A stretch of 64,000 nucleotides of DNA from an uncultured delta proteobacterium (GTDB taxonomy: Bacteria > Desulfobacterota > Desulfobacteria > Desulfobacterales > JAFDCJ01). Of this stretch, positions 60,225 through 64,000 are shown in pieces. The stretch spans positions 1-64,000 of the forward strand of contig CAVYNY010000035.1 of assembly GCA_963769935.1 (NCBI GenBank), given 5' to 3'. Each line of letters begins with the position of its first letter. Position 1 is the stretch's first letter. The notes beneath the pieces were generated by a model that ran no database searches, was not told the DNA's origin, and saw only the letters and a program-made list of their open reading frames with translations. A program made the translations under genes and the position numbers.

Positions 60225-62147
60225 TTATACTTCCACCTGTACACCGAGCTCGATGACGCGGTCACGCGGAATGCCGAAAAAAGCCGTGGCTCGCAGTGCA
60301 TTGCGTGACATGAAGGCGAAGAGGGCCGACCTCCAGAAGATCATTCCCAATTTCTTTGATGGTATAATTGTTTCGCGTCCCAGAAAAAAAGATGTTTCCG
60401 AAAGCTCGATCTCCAGATCGGCCGATTTGCACCATCTGAGAATTTTCCGTATATCGGGATCCTCCATAAAGCCGTGTCGAGCGGTAACGCGATAAAAACG
60501 CTGTCCCAAATCTTCAGTCTCGATCCGCTTTTGCCCTCGCAGGTAGGGAACGTTGCGGGTGATGACCGTCAGTAAGACTACTTGCTCATGCAGCACCTTG
60601 TTGTGTTCGAGCTGATACAGCAGTGCCGGGGGAACGCCGTAGGTGCTGCCCGTCAAAAACACGGCGGTTCCGGGCACCCGCTGCGGAGGATCCGCCTGCA
60701 ACTTATCAAGATACTTTTCGATCGGAATTCGACTCTCCTTCAGATGCTTCCAGAGAAGCCGTCTGCCTGTTTTCCAGGTGGACATCAGCGTGTAAACCGA
60801 TGCTGCGACGAGAAGCGGAAACCAGCCGCCCTGATAGAATTTGGTCAGATTAGCCCCAAAAAATGTGAGATCTGGAATCAGAAACAGGATCGTAACAATA
60901 CCGGCCGGCAGCCAGCCCCATTGCCAGACCTCGCGTGCAACCACATAAGCCAGAACGGTGGTGATCACCATGGTGGTGGACACCGCCATGCCGTATGCCG
61001 CCGCAAGGTTGGTGGATTGTTGAAACCCGATTACCAGAATGATCGTTGCCGTCATCAGGGTCCAGTTCACCGTTCCCATATAGACCTGACCAATTTCCTC
61101 GCGCGATGTGTGATCGATTTTCATGCGAGGACAGTAATCCAGCTGGATGGCCTGCCGGGTCAGCGAAAACGCGCCCGAAATTACTGCTTGAGATGCAATG
61201 ACGGTCGCCATGGTGGCGACAACCACTAAAGGATACAAGGCCCAGGGGGGCGCCAGCCGATAGAACGGGTTTTCTACAGCCCGGGGGTCCGCCAGGAGCA
61301 AAGCGCCCTGGCCGAAATAGTTCAACAGCAGAGACGGCAGTACCCAACTGAACCAGGCCAGTCGAATGGGTGCGGATCCGAAATGGCCCATATCGGCATA
61401 CAGTGCTTCGCCGCCTGTAACCACTAGAAAAACAATGCCGAGAATCGTAAACCCCTGCCAGCCGTTGGCAAGAAAGAATCGGATGGCATACCCGGGGTAT
61501 GCTGCCCTCAGAACATCGGGCCGGTGGATAATTCCCCCGATTCCGAGAACAGCCAGAAGTGCAAACCAGAAAAGCATTACCAGACCGAAGACCGACCCCA
61601 CTATCCGTGTACCTTGCCGCTGAAAGGAGAAGAGCAGAATTAAGATGACGATTGTAATCGGAAGGACGTAAGGTTTGAAAAACGGCGCGGCCACCTCCAG
61701 GCCTTCGACCGAACTGAGCACTGAAATTGCCGGCGTGATGGTGCCGTCTCCATAAAGCAGCGCGGCACCAAAAATCCCCATGGCGACAATGAACCACCGC
61801 TTTTTCCCGGCCGTGCCGTTGTTCGGATGGATCAAGGCCATGAGTGCCAGTATGCCTCCCTCGCCCTTGTTTTCGGCCCGCATGATATAGACGATATATT
61901 TGATCGATATAACGAGAATCAGCGACCAAAAAATAAGCGACAATACCCCCATAACGTTGGCGTCGGTCAGCGATACCCCGTAGGTGCCATGGAAACACGT
62001 CCGTATGGCATACAGCGGGCTTGTACCGATGTCGCCGTAGACCACACCCAGAGCTGCAAGCGAGAGCAGCGCAAGCTGCTTGCCGGTGGGCGCCTGATCG
62101 GTCTCGGCGGCTCCGGGTTCGAGTTGATTTTCCAGAGGCTTTGGCAT
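60225..62147 (-). CDS. kup: Kup (KUP/HAK/KT) potassium transporter
   Basis: LGVVYGDIGTSPLY, GEGGILAL, YGDGTITPAISVLS, TGGEALYADMGHFG, SFFLGRE. Confidence 0.97.
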   Translation of the reverse strand: MPKPLENQLEPGAAETDQAPTGKQLALLSLAALGVVYGDIGTSPLYAIRTCFHGTYGVSLTDANVMGVLSLIFWSLILVISIKYIVYIMRAENKGEGGILALMALIHPNNGTAGKKRWFIVAMGIFGAALLYGDGTITPAISVLSSVEGLEVAAPFFKPYVLPITIVILILLFSFQRQGTRIVGSVFGLVMLFWFALLAVLGIGGIIHRPDVLRAAYPGYAIRFFLANGWQGFTILGIVFLVVTGGEALYADMGHFGSAPIRLAWFSWVLPSLLLNYFGQGALLLADPRAVENPFYRLAPPWALYPLVVVATMATVIASQAVISGAFSLTRQAIQLDYCPRMKIDHTSREEIGQVYMGTVNWTLMTATIILVIGFQQSTNLAAAYGMAVSTTMVITTVLAYVVAREVWQWGWLPAGIVTILFLIPDLTFFGANLTKFYQGGWFPLLVAASVYTLMSTWKTGRRLLWKHLKESRIPIEKYLDKLQADPPQRVPGTAVFLTGSTYGVPPALLYQLEHNKVLHEQVVLLTVITRNVPYLRGQKRIETEDLGQRFYRVTARHGFMEDPDIRKILRWCKSADLEIELSETSFFLGRETIIPSKKLGMIFWRSALFAFMSRNALRATAFFGIPRDRVIELGVQVEV

Positions 62148-62513
62148 AGGTGCCAATATGTTAACTCAATCATCACCTTAAAGAAAATAAGGTTAATTGT
62201 GCATTTAAAGGTAAAAAAAACGGTATTCTTTATACGAAGGGATGCGTCGACCACCACGACGAAAGCCATTATCGCATGAATCAGTTTCCATTTCGGTGCA
62301 AAAGATACAGGTTCCGGGGAGTCAAAATACATGATTGCTGGTATGGATTTTACAAACGCGGCAGATCATTTATACGGATAAAAAAAATCTTGTTCTGCCG
62401 GAAAATCGGCTCGCAACAGTTATCAATTATAGATTTGGAATACGGTTGGCGGTATCGATAATGCTGCCCGGTGAAATCATCATTTTGCTCGCCGAAACTA
62501 AGGAGGTGACTGC

Positions 62514-62861
62514 ATGTTAAAAATTTTCAACTACCGTTGTGCAGCCTTTTATATGATTCTTCTGATTATAATAGGTCTGGCCGGCACGGCGGCTGGTGAT
62601 GAATTGGCCACCGGCGCAAGTCTGTATGAAACCAAATGTCAGATATGTCACGGTGCCAATGGACGCGGCGACGGGCCGGCGGCAGCCGCTCTGAATCCCA
62701 AGCCACGCGATTTCACCAATCCCGCGTTCTGGCAGAGTAACGCCGATGAAAAAATCAAGCGGACCGTTACAAGCGGTAAAGGCATGATGCCGCCATTTAG
62801 TTTAGATAATGATGAAATTCAGGCGATTACCGATTACATGCATCACACCTTCAAAAAATAG
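62514..62861 (+). CDS. Periplasmic monoheme cytochrome c
   Basis: RBS aaggaggt, signal peptide, CQICH, GRGDGPAA..PKPRDFT, MPPF. Confidence 0.92.
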   Translation: MLKIFNYRCAAFYMILLIIIGLAGTAAGDELATGASLYETKCQICHGANGRGDGPAAAALNPKPRDFTNPAFWQSNADEKIKRTVTSGKGMMPPFSLDNDEIQAITDYMHHTFKK

Positions 62862-63063
62862 CGCCGCGTATTTTAAAACAACAGCGGCTGCAGCCAAATT
62901 GAAACATGCTTGGCAGGCTTGTGGTCATTCCTTATCGAAGGAGAACCCCGCTGCGCTCCGACCATAGCGCTCAACGGACTCCATCAGCCTTGCTGAAGCT
63001 TATCTTTGTCTGAATTCCCGCGGTGCCCCGCCGCCGGATTGCATAAAAGAGGAGGAAGAAAGC

Positions 63064-64000
63064 ATGAGGTTAGCCCCAACTCGCAAATTCCTGTTGATTC
63101 TGGCCGTCGCCGGTTTGTTAGCGCATCTATCGGCCCGCGAGACCCAGGCCGTCCCCAGCTTCGCCCGCCAGACAGGCATGTCCTGCAACGCCTGCCACAC
63201 CGTTTGGCCGGAGCTGACCCCTTTTGGACGCACATTTAAAATGGGAGGATTTCACTTCAGCACGGTCTCCGAGAAAGCGCCCTATCGACCTCCCATCGCC
63301 GCTATGTTTCAGGCTTCCGCCACTTTCCTAAAAGACAATGACGGTATTCTCACAAACGGCATCGCCCCGTTTGACAATGCCGAGGATTCAACCACCGATA
63401 AATTCGACGTTCCCCAGCAGGCATCTCTTTTCTACGGCGGCCGAATAATCGATCATTTCGGGGCGCTTTCGCAGGTAACCTACGACGGCACCGCCAACGA
63501 TATCGCCCTGGATCTGACCGATGTCCGCTATGCGCGCAACATCTCCGTGGGGGGCACCAATTTGGATTTCGGCTTCACTTTAAACAACAGTCCAACGGTG
63601 GAAGATGTTTGGAACAGCACCCCCACCTGGGGATTTCCGTACGCTTCCTCTGCTGTGGCGCCCACACCCGCCGCCGGCGCCCTCATCGACGGTGGATTGG
63701 ATTCGCAGGTAGGAGGGCTGGGGACCTATGCCTTCTGGCACAATCTGGTTTACGCCGATTTTACCGTGTATCGAACCACGAATGACGGCATTACCCGGCC
63801 CTTGGGTGCCGGCACCACGGTCGACACGGAGACCGACGGGGCCGTCCCTTACTGGCGGTTTGCCCTGCAGCATGACTGGGGCGGCAACTCTCTGGAATTG
63901 GGTACGTATGGACTTTACGCCCGCGTCAATCCGGACGGGATGAGCGGCGGATCGAGCAACAAGTTCACCGATCTCGCCCTGGACGCCCAGTATCAATTCA
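63064..64000 (+). CDS. cyc2: Cyc2-like outer-membrane cytochrome-porin (partial, runs off the window)
   Basis: Translated by hand with no stop before the window end: signal peptide, VPSFARQTGMSCNACHTVWPELTPFGRTFKMGGF, SLFYGGRI, NNSPTVEDVWNSTPTWGFPY, beta-strand-like PYWRFALQHDW and DLALDAQYQF. RBS ggagga. Confidence 0.85.
   Translation, partial: MRLAPTRKFLLILAVAGLLAHLSARETQAVPSFARQTGMSCNACHTVWPELTPFGRTFKMGGFHFSTVSEKAPYRPPIAAMFQASATFLKDNDGILTNGIAPFDNAEDSTTDKFDVPQQASLFYGGRIIDHFGALSQVTYDGTANDIALDLTDVRYARNISVGGTNLDFGFTLNNSPTVEDVWNSTPTWGFPYASSAVAPTPAAGALIDGGLDSQVGGLGTYAFWHNLVYADFTVYRTTNDGITRPLGAGTTVDTETDGAVPYWRFALQHDWGGNSLELGTYGLYARVNPDGMSGGSSNKFTDLALDAQYQF

Noticed and set aside
28881..62156. 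Numerous long antisense or alternate-frame ORFs (e.g. 29211..30323, 33211..34131, 39403..40503, 60850..61998)
   Set aside because: Shadow ORFs of GC-rich conserved genes, with no recognisable motifs.
1..64000. rRNA, tRNA, riboswitch or prophage genes
   Set aside because: None recognised by eye. A tRNAscan/Rfam search would be needed to exclude small RNAs.

Overview
A 64-kb bacterial accessory region. The host is probably Desulfobacterota/Desulfobacterales-like, inferred only from the style of the intergenic repeats and small hypothetical genes. Energy-conservation and ion-homeostasis modules dominate: (i) an ion-transport cluster (frameshifted ClC antiporter, ZntB/CorA ORF running into a K+-channel-like domain, MscS, lipoprotein); (ii) a complete Thermus-type V/A-ATP synthase operon (G-I-K-E-C-F-A-B-D); (iii) an AT-rich integron cassette array on the minus strand (6 cassettes including higBA, 7 attC sites, a putative attI, no integrase in the window), whose attC sites are interrupted or abutted by an IS110 element with a structured upstream non-coding region, an IS91-like end and a RAYT transposase; (iv) a caa3 oxidase + CtaG + Rieske + cytochrome b/c operon; (v) a second ClC-CBS; (vi) an E. 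coli-type NDH-1 operon (fused nuoCD) with a CBS gene inserted between nuoA and nuoB; (vii) cyoABCDE; (viii) kup; (ix) a monoheme cytochrome c followed by a Cyc2-like cytochrome-porin that runs off the window end and is missing from the ORF track. Together these resemble a clustered aerobic, possibly Fe(II)-oxidising and acid-tolerance respiratory island (inference). Single +1 frameshifts in atpB, nuoCD, nuoF and nuoG, and several indels in clcA, are most likely long-read errors. No rRNA, tRNA or CRISPR array was recognised.
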